A DNA stretch of 32,496 nt from a virus (lineage: Duplodnaviria; Caudoviricetes): positions 1 through 32,496 of the IMG/VR virus record IMGVR_UViG_3300048856_000017. One strand, given 5' to 3'. The notes under the pieces are model-generated. The model was not told the DNA's origin. It worked only from the letters and a program-made list of their open reading frames with translations, and made no database searches. Below are positions 8,674-18,094 of the stretch, in pieces (position 1 is the stretch's first letter; every line of letters begins with the position of its first letter). The translations under genes and the position numbers were made by a program.

Positions 8674-8976
8674 TCACCGCGAGAATTTATCGATCGTCAC
8701 CTTCCCCTCTGGAAAGGTCGCGATGATCTCCACGCTTGTACCCCCCTGCGCTCTGACCGCTTCACGCAGCGTGCTGATGTAAGCGTCGGCGAACCTGACC
8801 AGCTCATCAACGATATCCGGCCTGATCTGGTGTGTGGACAAGACGCAGGCACGAGCCAGATCGAGTGCATCCGCAAGCTTGTCATGGCGGATTTTCTTCT
8901 GAAGTTCTTCGTAGGCCCGCAATGCATCCGAGTGTTCTTTCACCAACACAACTTTTCGATATTTGATGTCGGTCAT
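8674..8976 (-). CDS. Moron: orphan HigA/XRE-antitoxin-like protein
   Basis: GAGG RBS; C-terminus DAYISTLREAVRAQGGTSVEIIATFPEGKVTIDKF resembles the D-x-Y-I-S-T-L..GG..EI.A.FP tail of HigA-type antitoxins; antisense to the late operon. Confidence 0.7.
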   Translation of the reverse strand: MTDIKYRKVVLVKEHSDALRAYEELQKKIRHDKLADALDLARACVLSTHQIRPDIVDELVRFADAYISTLREAVRAQGGTSVEIIATFPEGKVTIDKFSR

Positions 8977-9011
8977 GGCTCATCGTCCTCTGCTGCCCGC
9001 CAGGTAAGTCT

Positions 9012-9473
9012 ATGAGCTTCTCCGGAAAACCCACTGTTCTGGTGGACGAGCGGGTCGAGAATGATGGTTTTTGGCCGAACCTCACGGTCGCTGAGTTCCA
9101 GAAGGGTTACCGCCTGCCGGCGGAATACCTGGTGGACATGCTGGTCGCCGAACTGACCACGGCCATGGTCGAGGTGAACACCGACCTGGCCACGTGCAAA
9201 GCGCGCTGGCAGGGCGCTGGAGTGTCGAGCGTTGAGTCTGCAGACACCACCGTCCTGCCGGAGCGCACCTACAAGGTCGCGCTGTACAAGCGGGCCGTCT
9301 ACACCCGGGCGAAAGCCACCCTGTTGACCCAGTTCGCGACCGTGGCCCGCCGCGACGTGGCCGAGAACACCGGCAAGGCGCTGCCCGAGCGCGGCGAAGT
9401 CTTCCTGGAGTTCAGCCAGCAGGCCGTCCGCGCCCTGCAGGGCCGTGGCCGCATCACGGCGGTGCTGCTGTGA
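9012..9473 (+). CDS. Head completion/stabilisation protein (gpL)
   Basis: NDGFWPNL and YKRAVY..AKA motifs. Confidence 0.9.
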   Translation: MSFSGKPTVLVDERVENDGFWPNLTVAEFQKGYRLPAEYLVDMLVAELTTAMVEVNTDLATCKARWQGAGVSSVESADTTVLPERTYKVALYKRAVYTRAKATLLTQFATVARRDVAENTGKALPERGEVFLEFSQQAVRALQGRGRITAVLL

Positions 9474-9913
9474 TCAAGCTGCGGTCTTTGACCACCTACC
9501 TGATCGAGCGCGGGCTGGTCGCGCCGGAACAGCTCGAAAGCTGGACCGACCAGGTAGAGGTGGAATTGATCTGGAAGCCCGATACCAAGGGCATGCACAT
9601 GGGCGACATGAATTACCAGGCCACGATCGCGATCGAGCGGTTCGCGGACCATCCGGCGCGCCTCTTTGCTCTGGTAGGCGGTTGGCTCGAAACCCATGAC
9701 GACGACCGCGACGGTCTGCCAGCGCCGATTTTCGACGTGGTGATGCTCGACAACGATCTGGCCGACGTGGACATCAAGCTGTCTTTCACCGAGGCGCAGT
9801 ACCTGGCCGAGGATCTGGAAGGCGAGATCGAGGCCTACGGCAAGTCCTGGTCGTTCGTGCCGTTCGACCTGTGGATCGCTGAATCCGGCGAGGTGACCGG
9901 CCATGGCGCGTAG
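9470..9913 (+). CDS. Tail completion protein (gpR-like)
   Basis: Synteny and GTGA coupling; MIKLRSLTTYL N-terminus typical of P2-like R proteins. Confidence 0.8.
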   Translation: MIKLRSLTTYLIERGLVAPEQLESWTDQVEVELIWKPDTKGMHMGDMNYQATIAIERFADHPARLFALVGGWLETHDDDRDGLPAPIFDVVMLDNDLADVDIKLSFTEAQYLAEDLEGEIEAYGKSWSFVPFDLWIAESGEVTGHGA

Positions 9914-10580
9914 CACGTTCGAGCTGGACATTCGCGGCATGCTCGAAGCCCAGGATCTGCTGGCCCTGATGGAGCTGCCCGTGCCCAAGCGCAAGCGGTT
10001 GCTGAACAACGTCAGCAAGCGCGTGGGCAGCCTGAGCCGTCGGCGGATCCGCAACCAGGAGAACCTGGACGGCACACCATTTGAGGCGCGCAAGGACACC
10101 AGCAAGGGCAAGAAGAAGATGGAAGCGGGCCTTGGCAAGTTGCTGGAGGTCACCCGTCTGAGCCCGACCGAGGCCGAGCTGGGATGGCGCAACCAGCTGA
10201 CCCGCTGGATCGCCTCGCAGCAACACAACGGCGTATCGGAACGGCGCACCGCCGCGCAAATGCGCCAGTGGAACCGGGTGCCGCCGGGCACCGCGGCTAC
10301 CGAGAAACAGGCCAAACGCCTGCGGCAGCTGGGCTTCAAGGTCCGTCAGCCGGGCAAGAAAGCCGCATCACGGCCAGCCGTTGCCTGGATCCAGCAGCAC
10401 CTGAACTACGCCCGGGCGGGATTGCTGATCCGCGTCCTGGACACCGAACGAACCGCGACAACCGGCGCGCAGAGCTGGGATATCACCCTGCCGAAACGCC
10501 AGTTCCTCGGCGCAAGCAACAGCGAAACCAGCCAGCTGGTGAACCTAGTGCTGCAGCAAATCATCAATTCACCCCGCTAA
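9903..10580 (+). CDS. Virion morphogenesis protein (gpS-like)
   Basis: RIRNQENLDGTPFEARK and LPKRQFLG motifs. Confidence 0.88.
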   Translation: MARSTFELDIRGMLEAQDLLALMELPVPKRKRLLNNVSKRVGSLSRRRIRNQENLDGTPFEARKDTSKGKKKMEAGLGKLLEVTRLSPTEAELGWRNQLTRWIASQQHNGVSERRTAAQMRQWNRVPPGTAATEKQAKRLRQLGFKVRQPGKKAASRPAVAWIQQHLNYARAGLLIRVLDTERTATTGAQSWDITLPKRQFLGASNSETSQLVNLVLQQIINSPR

Positions 10581-10591
10581 CGAGGCACCAC

Positions 10592-11704
10592 ATGGCACTC
10601 GGCAAAGTCAGCGTCAACAATCTCAACCTCGGCCAGGGTGCCGTGACCGAGATCGAGCGCTATTTCCTGTTCATCGGTCCAGCGTCCAAGAACGTCGGCA
10701 AGCTGGTCCCCCTGGACACCCAAAGCGACCTGGACGTCCAGCTGGGCGTTGTAGACAGCGAACTCAAGGCCCAGATCACCGCAGCACGCCTCAATGGCGG
10801 CGACCGCTGGGCGTGCGTAGCGGCCCCGATCGCTGCAGACGGCAGCTGGCAAGACGCCCTGGAAGCGGCCAACCGCACCTATTCAGTGGAAGCGGTCGTT
10901 ATCACCACGCCGGTGACCACGACCGCTGAGCTATCCGCCATGCACGATGCGGCCATCGAGCTGGGCAACCGCCTGGGCCGTCGCCTGTTCGTCATTGCTG
11001 CGCTGGCCGGGATCGCCCAGGCGCAGACCTGGAACGACTACGTGGTCAGCGCCAAGAAGATTGTCGACGGACTGGCCGCGCCGCGCGTGCTGGCCGTTCC
11101 GCAGCTGCACGGCAACAACCTGGGCGTGCTTGCCGGTCGCCTGGCCAACGCCGCCGTCAGCATCGCCGATTCGCCAATGCGGGTCGCAACCGGTGCAGTT
11201 GTGGGCTTGGGCGCTGAGCCCGTCGACTCCGAAGGCACGCCGCTGCAGTCGGCCGTCCTGAGCCAGCTGGACGCCGCCCGTCTGTCAGTGCCACAGAGCT
11301 ATGCGGACTACCCGGGCACGTTTTGGGGCGACGGCAACCTGCTGGACGCGCCTGGCAGTGATTACCAGGTGATCGAGCATCTGCGGGTCGTCGACAAAGC
11401 GGCGCGCCGCGTGCGGATCCTGCTGATCCGTTACGTCGCCGATCGTTCGTTGAACAGCTCGGACAACAGCATGGCCACGACCACTTCGAAGCTGATGGCC
11501 CCGCTGCGTGCGATGGCCAAGTCCACCCGATTCGCGGGTCAGGTGTTCCCGGGCGAGATCGAGCAGCCCAAGGACGGGGACATCGTGCTGACCTGGAAGA
11601 GCAGAACCGCCGTCGAGGCCTTCCTGAAGCTCAAACCCCTTTACTGCCCGAAAGACCTGACCGCGAACATCGCGCTGGACCTTTCGACTACCGAAACGGA
11701 GTAA
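10592..11704 (+). CDS. Tail sheath protein (HP1-type, DUF2586-like)
   Basis: GAGG RBS; MALGKVSVNNLNLGQG...EIERYFLFIG; GVLAGRL, DYQVIEHLRVVDKAARRVR. Confidence 0.88.
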   Translation: MALGKVSVNNLNLGQGAVTEIERYFLFIGPASKNVGKLVPLDTQSDLDVQLGVVDSELKAQITAARLNGGDRWACVAAPIAADGSWQDALEAANRTYSVEAVVITTPVTTTAELSAMHDAAIELGNRLGRRLFVIAALAGIAQAQTWNDYVVSAKKIVDGLAAPRVLAVPQLHGNNLGVLAGRLANAAVSIADSPMRVATGAVVGLGAEPVDSEGTPLQSAVLSQLDAARLSVPQSYADYPGTFWGDGNLLDAPGSDYQVIEHLRVVDKAARRVRILLIRYVADRSLNSSDNSMATTTSKLMAPLRAMAKSTRFAGQVFPGEIEQPKDGDIVLTWKSRTAVEAFLKLKPLYCPKDLTANIALDLSTTETE

Positions 11705-11707
11705 GTC

Positions 11708-12160
11708 ATGGCTGCAAAAGTTGGCGGCAAGAACTTCGACGTGAACCTGGGCGACTCGCTGGTTCACGTTGAGGCGGCAACCCTGGATATCACTGACAAC
11801 AGCACCGTCGCCCAGACCAAGGGCGTGCCGAATGGGCACGTCGACGGTGACGTCGCGGCGGCCGGCGAGATCGAGCTGGACACCACCAATTTCAACCTGG
11901 TGATCGAGCAGGCCAAAAGCGCGGGCAGCTTCCGCGAACTGGAGCCGTTCGACATCGTGTTCTTCGCCAAGGCCGGCGAGGAAGAACTGCGCGTCGAAGC
12001 GTTCGGTTGCAAGTTGCGCGTCTCCAGCCTGCTGAGCATCGATCCCAAGGGCGGCGCGAAGAACACCCACAAGATCCCGTTCGACGTGACCTCGCCGGAC
12101 TTCGTGAAGATCAACGGCGTGCCGTACCTGGGCGCAGCAGAGATCGAGGGCCTGACCTGA
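11708..12160 (+). CDS. Tail tube protein (HP1-type, DUF2597-like)
   Basis: GVPNGHVDGDVAAAGEIELD; VTSPDFVKINGVPYL; follows the sheath gene. Confidence 0.88.
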   Translation: MAAKVGGKNFDVNLGDSLVHVEAATLDITDNSTVAQTKGVPNGHVDGDVAAAGEIELDTTNFNLVIEQAKSAGSFRELEPFDIVFFAKAGEEELRVEAFGCKLRVSSLLSIDPKGGAKNTHKIPFDVTSPDFVKINGVPYLGAAEIEGLT

Positions 12161-12372
12161 TGGTTTGCCCGTTCGATCGCGCCCAGGCCCTGGAGCAGCG
12201 GCAACGCGACCAGGCCATTGCGGCCCAACTCGCCCGCGAGCGCCCGAGCGGGCCAAGCCTGACCCATTGCCAGGACTGCGACGCAGAGATCCCGGCAGCG
12301 CGCCAGGCGCTGGGCGGCATGACCCGTTGCGTGCCGTGCCAGTCCACTTTCGAGACAGAGGCTCATCGATGA
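12160..12372 (+). CDS. TraR/DksA C4-type zinc-finger protein
   Basis: MVCPFDRAQALEQ...CQDCDAEIPAARQALGGMTRCVPCQ. Confidence 0.88.
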   Translation: MVCPFDRAQALEQRQRDQAIAAQLARERPSGPSLTHCQDCDAEIPAARQALGGMTRCVPCQSTFETEAHR

Positions 12373-12575
12373 GCGCAAATCAGGTTGTTCAGGACACCGC
12401 GATTGCGGTGGCCAAGGTATCGCCCGCCATCGGTGTAGCCGCCACGGGTGCCACCGGTGCCGTCGACTGGTCCGCAGTGGCCTACATGCTGACCGCCCTC
12501 TACATGGTGCTGCAGATCGTGCTGCTGGCCCCCAAGTACCGGCAGATGCTGCGCGACTGGAAGGTAAAGCCATGA
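12369..12575 (+). CDS. Holin (probably pinholin-type)
   Basis: 68 aa, hydrophobic segments, basic C-terminus, directly upstream of the endolysin. Confidence 0.75.
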   Translation: MSANQVVQDTAIAVAKVSPAIGVAATGATGAVDWSAVAYMLTALYMVLQIVLLAPKYRQMLRDWKVKP

Positions 12576-13096
12576 GCCTGCGCGCCAAGATCGCCGCCGG
12601 CGTCATTGTCCTCTGCAGCGGCACGCTGACCGCGTTCTTGGGCCACTGGGAAGGCGAGGGGCAGAACGTCGTCTATGCCGACCAACTCGCCCAGGGATTG
12701 CCGACCGTGTGCAAGGGCATTACCCGCTACACCAGCCCCCAGCCGGTGATCGTCGGTGACTACTGGTCCGACGCGCGCTGCGCGGAAGTGGAATCCCTGG
12801 TGATCGCCAAGGGGCAACTGGCCTTGGCGGACTGCCTGACCAACCAGGCGATCGGGCAGAACACGTTCGACGCCCTGAGCAGCCACGCGCACAACGTCGG
12901 CACGCCGAGCACCTGCGCCAGTCGGGCCGTGAGCCTGATCAACGCCGGACGCATTGCCGATGGGTGCAAGGCGCTGGCCTGGGGCGCAGATGGCCGACCG
13001 GTGTGGGCATCGGTGACCCAGGCCAACGGCAAGAAACGGTTCATTCAGGGGCTGCATAACCGCCGCCTGGCTGAAGTGAGGCTGTGCCTGTCATGA
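12572..13096 (+). CDS. GH24 lysozyme, probable SAR endolysin
   Basis: Weakly hydrophobic N-terminal helix followed by E-G...Y.D...PTVC.G triad region; GLHNRR C-terminus. Confidence 0.9.
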   Translation: MSLRAKIAAGVIVLCSGTLTAFLGHWEGEGQNVVYADQLAQGLPTVCKGITRYTSPQPVIVGDYWSDARCAEVESLVIAKGQLALADCLTNQAIGQNTFDALSSHAHNVGTPSTCASRAVSLINAGRIADGCKALAWGADGRPVWASVTQANGKKRFIQGLHNRRLAEVRLCLS

Positions 13097-13572
13097 CCAT
13101 CGGCCCGCTGCAGCTGCTGTTTCGCACCCTGTTCGTTGGCCTGGTGATCTGGCTCGCCGTCGACTGGGCGCTTGACCAGTACGAAACGGTTGTTCGGGAA
13201 CGCGACGAGCTGCAGACCGCGCTGGATCTGCAGGTCGCTGCCGCCAGTCTTGCCGCGCAGCAGCTGGCCGCCCGCGATTCGATCGATACCCAACGAACGG
13301 AGGCACTGACCCGTGCGCTCAATGAAAACAAACGTCTGCAGCGCGCTGTTGCTGATCGTAATCAGCGGCTGCTCGTCCACGCCACCTGTCCAGCCGTACC
13401 AGGCACCGCCGGCACCGCCGGCCTGGCTGATGGAAGCGCCGCCGAACTCACAAGAGACGCTCGATCGGCTTATTTCACCCTCCGGGACGAGCTTGCCCGC
13501 AGCCGGGAAATGATTCTCGGCCTGCAGGACTACATCCGCCGCGTCGTGCAAAGCACGCCGGCACAACCCTGA
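13093..13572 (+). CDS. Rz: i-spanin
   Basis: N-terminal TM helix, coiled coil, RLLVHATCP, GLQDYI motifs. Confidence 0.88.
   Translation: MTIGPLQLLFRTLFVGLVIWLAVDWALDQYETVVRERDELQTALDLQVAAASLAAQQLAARDSIDTQRTEALTRALNENKRLQRAVADRNQRLLVHATCPAVPGTAGTAGLADGSAAELTRDARSAYFTLRDELARSREMILGLQDYIRRVVQSTPAQP
13322..13513 (+). CDS. Rz1: o-spanin lipoprotein embedded in Rz (alternate frame)
   Basis: MKTNVCSALLLIVISGC lipobox followed by Pro-rich PPAPPAWLMEAPP. Confidence 0.85.
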   Translation: MKTNVCSALLLIVISGCSSTPPVQPYQAPPAPPAWLMEAPPNSQETLDRLISPSGTSLPAAGK

Positions 13573-13592
13573 ACCACCCTACGGGAAACACC

Positions 13593-13883
13593 ATGAGCGA
13601 AGTAAACCGCGACATCACCCTGGAAATCGGCGCGCAGGAATTCACGTTCAGCCTGACGCCCCAGGACATCACCAAGTACTTCAACTCGACCACCCAGGCC
13701 AACAAGGTCGCCCCGGCGCACAACCTGCTGATGGGCACCGTGAAACAGGACGAGAAAGCCGCGCTCAAGCCGCTGCTGGAAAACCCGGTCAGCACCATGA
13801 CCATCGCCGGCGCGCTGCTCGAAGAGTACTCGCCTGACGTGGAAGTGATCGTAAAAAAGCCCTCGCGCACGCCGAAGGCCTGA
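13593..13883 (+). CDS. Tail assembly chaperone
   Basis: NKVAPAHNLL motif; lies upstream of the tape measure gene; ends with a slippery A AAA AAG. Confidence 0.85.
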   Translation: MSEVNRDITLEIGAQEFTFSLTPQDITKYFNSTTQANKVAPAHNLLMGTVKQDEKAALKPLLENPVSTMTIAGALLEEYSPDVEVIVKKPSRTPKA

Positions 13884-14047
13884 CCGAGGACGGACTGGGC
13901 CAGTTGCTGGCCCTGACCCAACGCTGGCTACCCGGCGCGCCGCCCTCGATCGAGAACCTGGGCACCGCCAAGTGGCTGGAAGACGAACACTGGAGACGCA
14001 TGGAAATCGCCGTGGCCAACGGCATTTCCGTTGCCTTTAACGGATAA
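13853..14047 (+). CDS. -1 frameshift extension of the tail chaperone (G/GT-type)
   Basis: After A AAA AAG (13853-13859) the -1 frame is open, ALAHAEGLTEDGLGQLLALTQRWLPG...AVANGISVAFNG, to TAA at 14045-14047, just before the tape measure start. Confidence 0.85.
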   Translation, partial: KKALAHAEGLTEDGLGQLLALTQRWLPGAPPSIENLGTAKWLEDEHWRRMEIAVANGISVAFNG

Positions 14048-14052
14048 CCCTG

Positions 14053-16083
14053 ATGGCTGACCGTTCCGCCCGCCTGGCTTTCATCCTGAGCCTGACCGAC
14101 AAGGTCAGCGCGCCCCTAGGCAAGGTGAAAACCAGCTTTACCGACCTTGCCGACCAGGGCCAGCAGAACATCGTGAAGATGGGCGCGGGCCTTGCCGGCA
14201 TGGTCGGTGCCGGCGTGGCCATCACTGAGTCCCTGGAACCGGCGTTGGAAGTCAATCGGGCACTGGCGGACGTGCGCGCGCTGGGAGTCGCTGAAGACGC
14301 GCTGACCGCGCTCAACAGCAAGGCGCTGGAGTTCTCCGTGAACTATGCCACCAGCGCCGCCGAGTTCGTGGCGTCCTCGCGCACCATTGAAGGCGCGATC
14401 AAAGGTCTGGTCGGCGACCAGCTGGCATCAATCACCGCCGCAAGCGGCCTGCTGGCCAAGGTCACCAAAGCCGACACCGAAACCACCAGCGCTTATCTCG
14501 GCACCATGTACACCCTGTTCAAGACCGAAGCCGACAAAATGGGCAAGGTCGAATGGGTAGAGCAGCTGACGGGGCAGACAGCCCTGGCCGTGAAGCTGTT
14601 CCGCACCGACGGTGCCCAGCTCAAGGACGCCTTTAAGGAAGTCGGGGCGATCGCCACCACGGCCGGCATCAGCGTGGCCGAGCAGATGGCGGTAATCGGC
14701 ACGCTGTCGAGCACCATGGAAGGCGGCGACGCCGGCGGGCGCTACAAGGCGTTCTTCGAAAACATCGGGGCTGCTGCAGAGAAAACCGGTCTGAAGTTCA
14801 CCGATGCCGCCGGCAACACGCTGCCGATGATCCAGATCATGGACAAGCTGCAGGGCAAGTACGGCGACCTGACCACGGCGGCCGCCGGCACCAAGCTGAC
14901 CGAGGCCTTCGGCGGCGAAGGTGCCCAGGTGATCGCGGCACTGGCCAAGGACACCGATCGGCTGCGCAGCGGCATCAGCGAGCTGGGCAAGGTGCGCGGT
15001 CTGGAGAACGCCGAGAAGATGGCCAAGGCCATGGTCGATCCGTGGCAGCAGTTCGGCGCGGCCGTGCAGGCGCTGCGCATTGCCTTTGGCCAGGCGCTGA
15101 TCCCGATGCTGACACCGCTGATGGTCCGGCTGGTCGGAATCGCTACGACACTGACCCGCTGGACGCAGCTGTTCCCCAACATCACCCGCGTGCTGGGCAT
15201 TACCGTACTGGCCGTGTTCGGCCTGGTCGCGGCGATGTCCGCCATGACTCTGGTGGTGGGCATCAGCAAGATGGTCTGGCTGGTCCTGGTGACGGTCTGG
15301 AAGATCCTGACCTGGACCGGCTTCCGCTCGATCGCCATGTTCCTTTACCACACCGTCATGGTGACCGCGTTCGTGGTCGGCCTGGTGGCCATGTACACCT
15401 GGATGGCCCTGGTGCGCACCGGCATGTTGCTATGGCAGGGCGCGATCTGGCTGGTCAACGCCGCCATGCTGGCCAACCCGGTGCTGCTGATCGTCGCCGG
15501 CATCCTCGCGCTGGGCGTGGCGGTCGTCGCCGCAGTCGTCTACTGGGACCAGTGGACCGGCGCGCTGATGAACACCGCTGCGTTCCAGTGGATCGCCGCG
15601 CAGCTGCAGAGCCTGTCGGACTGGTTCGGCTCGATCGGCGGCTGGACCGGCATGGCGTCGGCTGCCTGGGACGGCATCGTCGCCATCTTCCGCACCGCCA
15701 TCAACGGCCTGATCGACATGCTCAACAAGATTCCGGGCGTCGAGATCGATGCAGCCTTTGGCGACATGCCCAAGGCCCCCGAGATCCCGGGCATTCAAGC
15801 ACCCGTTCTACCTGCAGGCATTCCGCAAGGTGCTGCATTGCTGGCCGCACCTGCGCCGGTTCCTCAAGGCGCTGAACTGCTGACGCGGCCTGCCGCGACC
15901 ACTGGCAGCCTTTCACCCTCGCGGCCAGAAGCGGTGCCCCGGGGCGGGCTGCTGACCAGCATCCAGAACAACACCAACCAGAATTCCAACGGCAACAAGG
16001 TGGGCAACGTGAACATCTACACCAGCAAACCCATGACCCCTCTGGAGATGGAAGGGATGATGAACATGGCGATCGGCGGATGA
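14053..16083 (+). CDS. Tape measure protein
   Basis: 676 aa, Ala/Gly-rich helical protein with NAAMLANPVLLIV motif and hydrophobic segment. Confidence 0.93.
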   Translation: MADRSARLAFILSLTDKVSAPLGKVKTSFTDLADQGQQNIVKMGAGLAGMVGAGVAITESLEPALEVNRALADVRALGVAEDALTALNSKALEFSVNYATSAAEFVASSRTIEGAIKGLVGDQLASITAASGLLAKVTKADTETTSAYLGTMYTLFKTEADKMGKVEWVEQLTGQTALAVKLFRTDGAQLKDAFKEVGAIATTAGISVAEQMAVIGTLSSTMEGGDAGGRYKAFFENIGAAAEKTGLKFTDAAGNTLPMIQIMDKLQGKYGDLTTAAAGTKLTEAFGGEGAQVIAALAKDTDRLRSGISELGKVRGLENAEKMAKAMVDPWQQFGAAVQALRIAFGQALIPMLTPLMVRLVGIATTLTRWTQLFPNITRVLGITVLAVFGLVAAMSAMTLVVGISKMVWLVLVTVWKILTWTGFRSIAMFLYHTVMVTAFVVGLVAMYTWMALVRTGMLLWQGAIWLVNAAMLANPVLLIVAGILALGVAVVAAVVYWDQWTGALMNTAAFQWIAAQLQSLSDWFGSIGGWTGMASAAWDGIVAIFRTAINGLIDMLNKIPGVEIDAAFGDMPKAPEIPGIQAPVLPAGIPQGAALLAAPAPVPQGAELLTRPAATTGSLSPSRPEAVPRGGLLTSIQNNTNQNSNGNKVGNVNIYTSKPMTPLEMEGMMNMAIGG

Positions 16084-16397
16084 GTGTCTATATCGATTTG
16101 CTGATCGAGGACAACGACCTGGTGCTCGATCCCTCCCGTCAGCCTGAGCCGGTCGAAGACCGCGCCTGCATCGCCCAGGACATCGCGCACATGATCCGCG
16201 ACAGCGGCCTGCTGGTCACCCTGGTGGCCGAGCGTGACCGCCTGCGGCAGCGTGACTGCATCCAGCAGCTGGAGCTGCTGGTGGAAACCGACCTGCGCCT
16301 GGTACCGGGCACCGCATCGATCACCCAGGTCGAGCCGGGGCAGTACCTGGTCACCGCGACCACGCTTGAGTTCGGCTCGATCGAGGTGACCCTGTGA
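16080..16397 (+). CDS. Baseplate protein (DUF2590/gp25-like)
   Basis: YIDLLI, IAQDIAHMIRDSGL, RLVPGT; HP1-like synteny. Confidence 0.8.
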   Translation: MSVYIDLLIEDNDLVLDPSRQPEPVEDRACIAQDIAHMIRDSGLLVTLVAERDRLRQRDCIQQLELLVETDLRLVPGTASITQVEPGQYLVTATTLEFGSIEVTL

Positions 16398-17569
16398 GCG
16401 ACGTCGATTTCAAGCAGGCCCTGACCGACGCCGGCATTCCGACCACCGAGGCCGGGCTGCGCCAGGCGTGGGAAAAGGAAGTGGCCGCCCAAGGCAGCAA
16501 GGTGGCCAACACCAGCGCCTATTCGCCGTTCTGGCGGGTCATCACCGCGCTGGTGACCAAACCCGTGCTGTGGATCCTCGATTTTTTCGTGGCCACGGTG
16601 CTGCCGAACTTCTTCGTCAAGACCGCCAAAGCGGCCTGGCTGGACATGCTGGCCTGGGCGGTCAACGTCGAGCGCAAAGGCGCGACCCGCGCCGCCGGCG
16701 TGCTGCTGTTCACCCGCACCGCACCGGGCGGAGCCTTCACGGTGCCGATCGGCACCCTGGTGCAGTCCGCGGCGATCAATGGCCACGTCTACCAGCTGCG
16801 CACCACGGCCGCCGGTGAATTTGCCGACGGGCTGATGCAGCTGGAAATCCCGGTCGAGGCGATCGAGGCCGGCTCCGGCTTCAACCTGGCCCCGGGTTAC
16901 TACGCGATTTTGCCGGTACCGGTATCGGGCATTGCCCAAGTCGTGAACGCCGACGGCTGGCTGACCACGCCCGGATCGGACCCCGAGCCCGACGACGAGC
17001 TGCGTCTGCGCACCCGCAACCAGTTCTCGGCGGTCAACCAGTGGCACACCGATGCGGTCTACCGCGCGCTGATCTCGGCGTTCCCGGGCGTGCGTCCGGA
17101 CGGCGTGTATTTCGAGCACGGCGCGCCACGCGGCCCGGGCAGCGCCAATGCCTTTGTGCTGTTCGACGCCGGCGTCCCGGCCCAGGCGTTCCTGCAGCAG
17201 ATCAACGCGCACATTCGTGACCAGGGCAACCATGGCCACGGCGACGACCTGCAGGTCATGGTCATGCCTGAAACCTTTCACGCGCTGCAGCTGCAGATCT
17301 GGCAGCGCACAACCCTGACCGCCGAACAGCGGTTGAACCTGGAACAACAGGTCGAGCAGTTCGTGCGGGCAGCGTTCCGCGAAAGCACGACCAGCGACTA
17401 CCAGCCGACCCTGACCCTGCCGCAGTCGCGCTTTTCGTTCAGCCGCCTGGGCGAAGAGCTGCACCAGCAGTTCGCCGGCATCGAGTCGCTGGACTTCGAA
17501 AACGCCGACATCCTGTCCGAGCTGAACATTCCCCGCATCCAGAGCCTGGAGATCGTTCTGCATGATTAA
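16394..17569 (+). CDS. Baseplate J/gp47 family protein
   Basis: GSDPEPDDELRLR, PRGPGSAN motifs. Confidence 0.92.
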   Translation: MSDVDFKQALTDAGIPTTEAGLRQAWEKEVAAQGSKVANTSAYSPFWRVITALVTKPVLWILDFFVATVLPNFFVKTAKAAWLDMLAWAVNVERKGATRAAGVLLFTRTAPGGAFTVPIGTLVQSAAINGHVYQLRTTAAGEFADGLMQLEIPVEAIEAGSGFNLAPGYYAILPVPVSGIAQVVNADGWLTTPGSDPEPDDELRLRTRNQFSAVNQWHTDAVYRALISAFPGVRPDGVYFEHGAPRGPGSANAFVLFDAGVPAQAFLQQINAHIRDQGNHGHGDDLQVMVMPETFHALQLQIWQRTTLTAEQRLNLEQQVEQFVRAAFRESTTSDYQPTLTLPQSRFSFSRLGEELHQQFAGIESLDFENADILSELNIPRIQSLEIVLHD

Positions 17570-18086
17570 GCTCGGTTTGCCGTTCTGGCTCGAAGGCAAG
17601 GAGCTGACCAAGCTCAAGGCCGCAGCGCAGGGCTGGTGGGAAACGGTAGAGGGCTGGCTGCGCTGGCCCTTGATGCAGATGGACGCGGACACCTGCCACC
17701 TGGTGGTGCTCGATCTGCTGGCCTGGCAGCGGGACATCACCCGCTTCAAGAACGAGCCCGAAAGCCTCTACCGCCTGCGGGTCAAGTACGCCTTCATCAA
17801 CGCTGTCGACGCGGGCAGCACCGCCGGGATGAAACGCATCCTGGAGCGCCTGGGCGTCGGTTACGTCGAGATCGAGGAGCGCATGCCCGGCCGCGACTGG
17901 GACGTGGTGCTGCTGCGGTTCTCCGACTCGCAACTTTCCAAGAACCCCGAGCTGCTGCGCGTGCTGATTCAGCAGTACGGCCGCACCTGCCGCCGCTATG
18001 ACTTCGTGACCCTGACCCCCGTAACGCTTGGGGCCGGCCTGGTCGAATTCAACGACGACCAGCAGACGCTGATCGCCACTTTGTAG
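17562..18086 (+). CDS. Baseplate/tail protein (P2 gpI-like)
   Basis: LDLLAWQRDI...YRLRVKYA motif; lies between J and the fibre gene. Confidence 0.85.
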   Translation: MIKLGLPFWLEGKELTKLKAAAQGWWETVEGWLRWPLMQMDADTCHLVVLDLLAWQRDITRFKNEPESLYRLRVKYAFINAVDAGSTAGMKRILERLGVGYVEIEERMPGRDWDVVLLRFSDSQLSKNPELLRVLIQQYGRTCRRYDFVTLTPVTLGAGLVEFNDDQQTLIATL

Positions 18087-18094
18087 GAGCCCCC

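Noticed and set aside
15810-15885. Short PQGA.LL duplication near the tape measure C-terminus
   Set aside because: Low-complexity linker variation that is common in tape measure tails.
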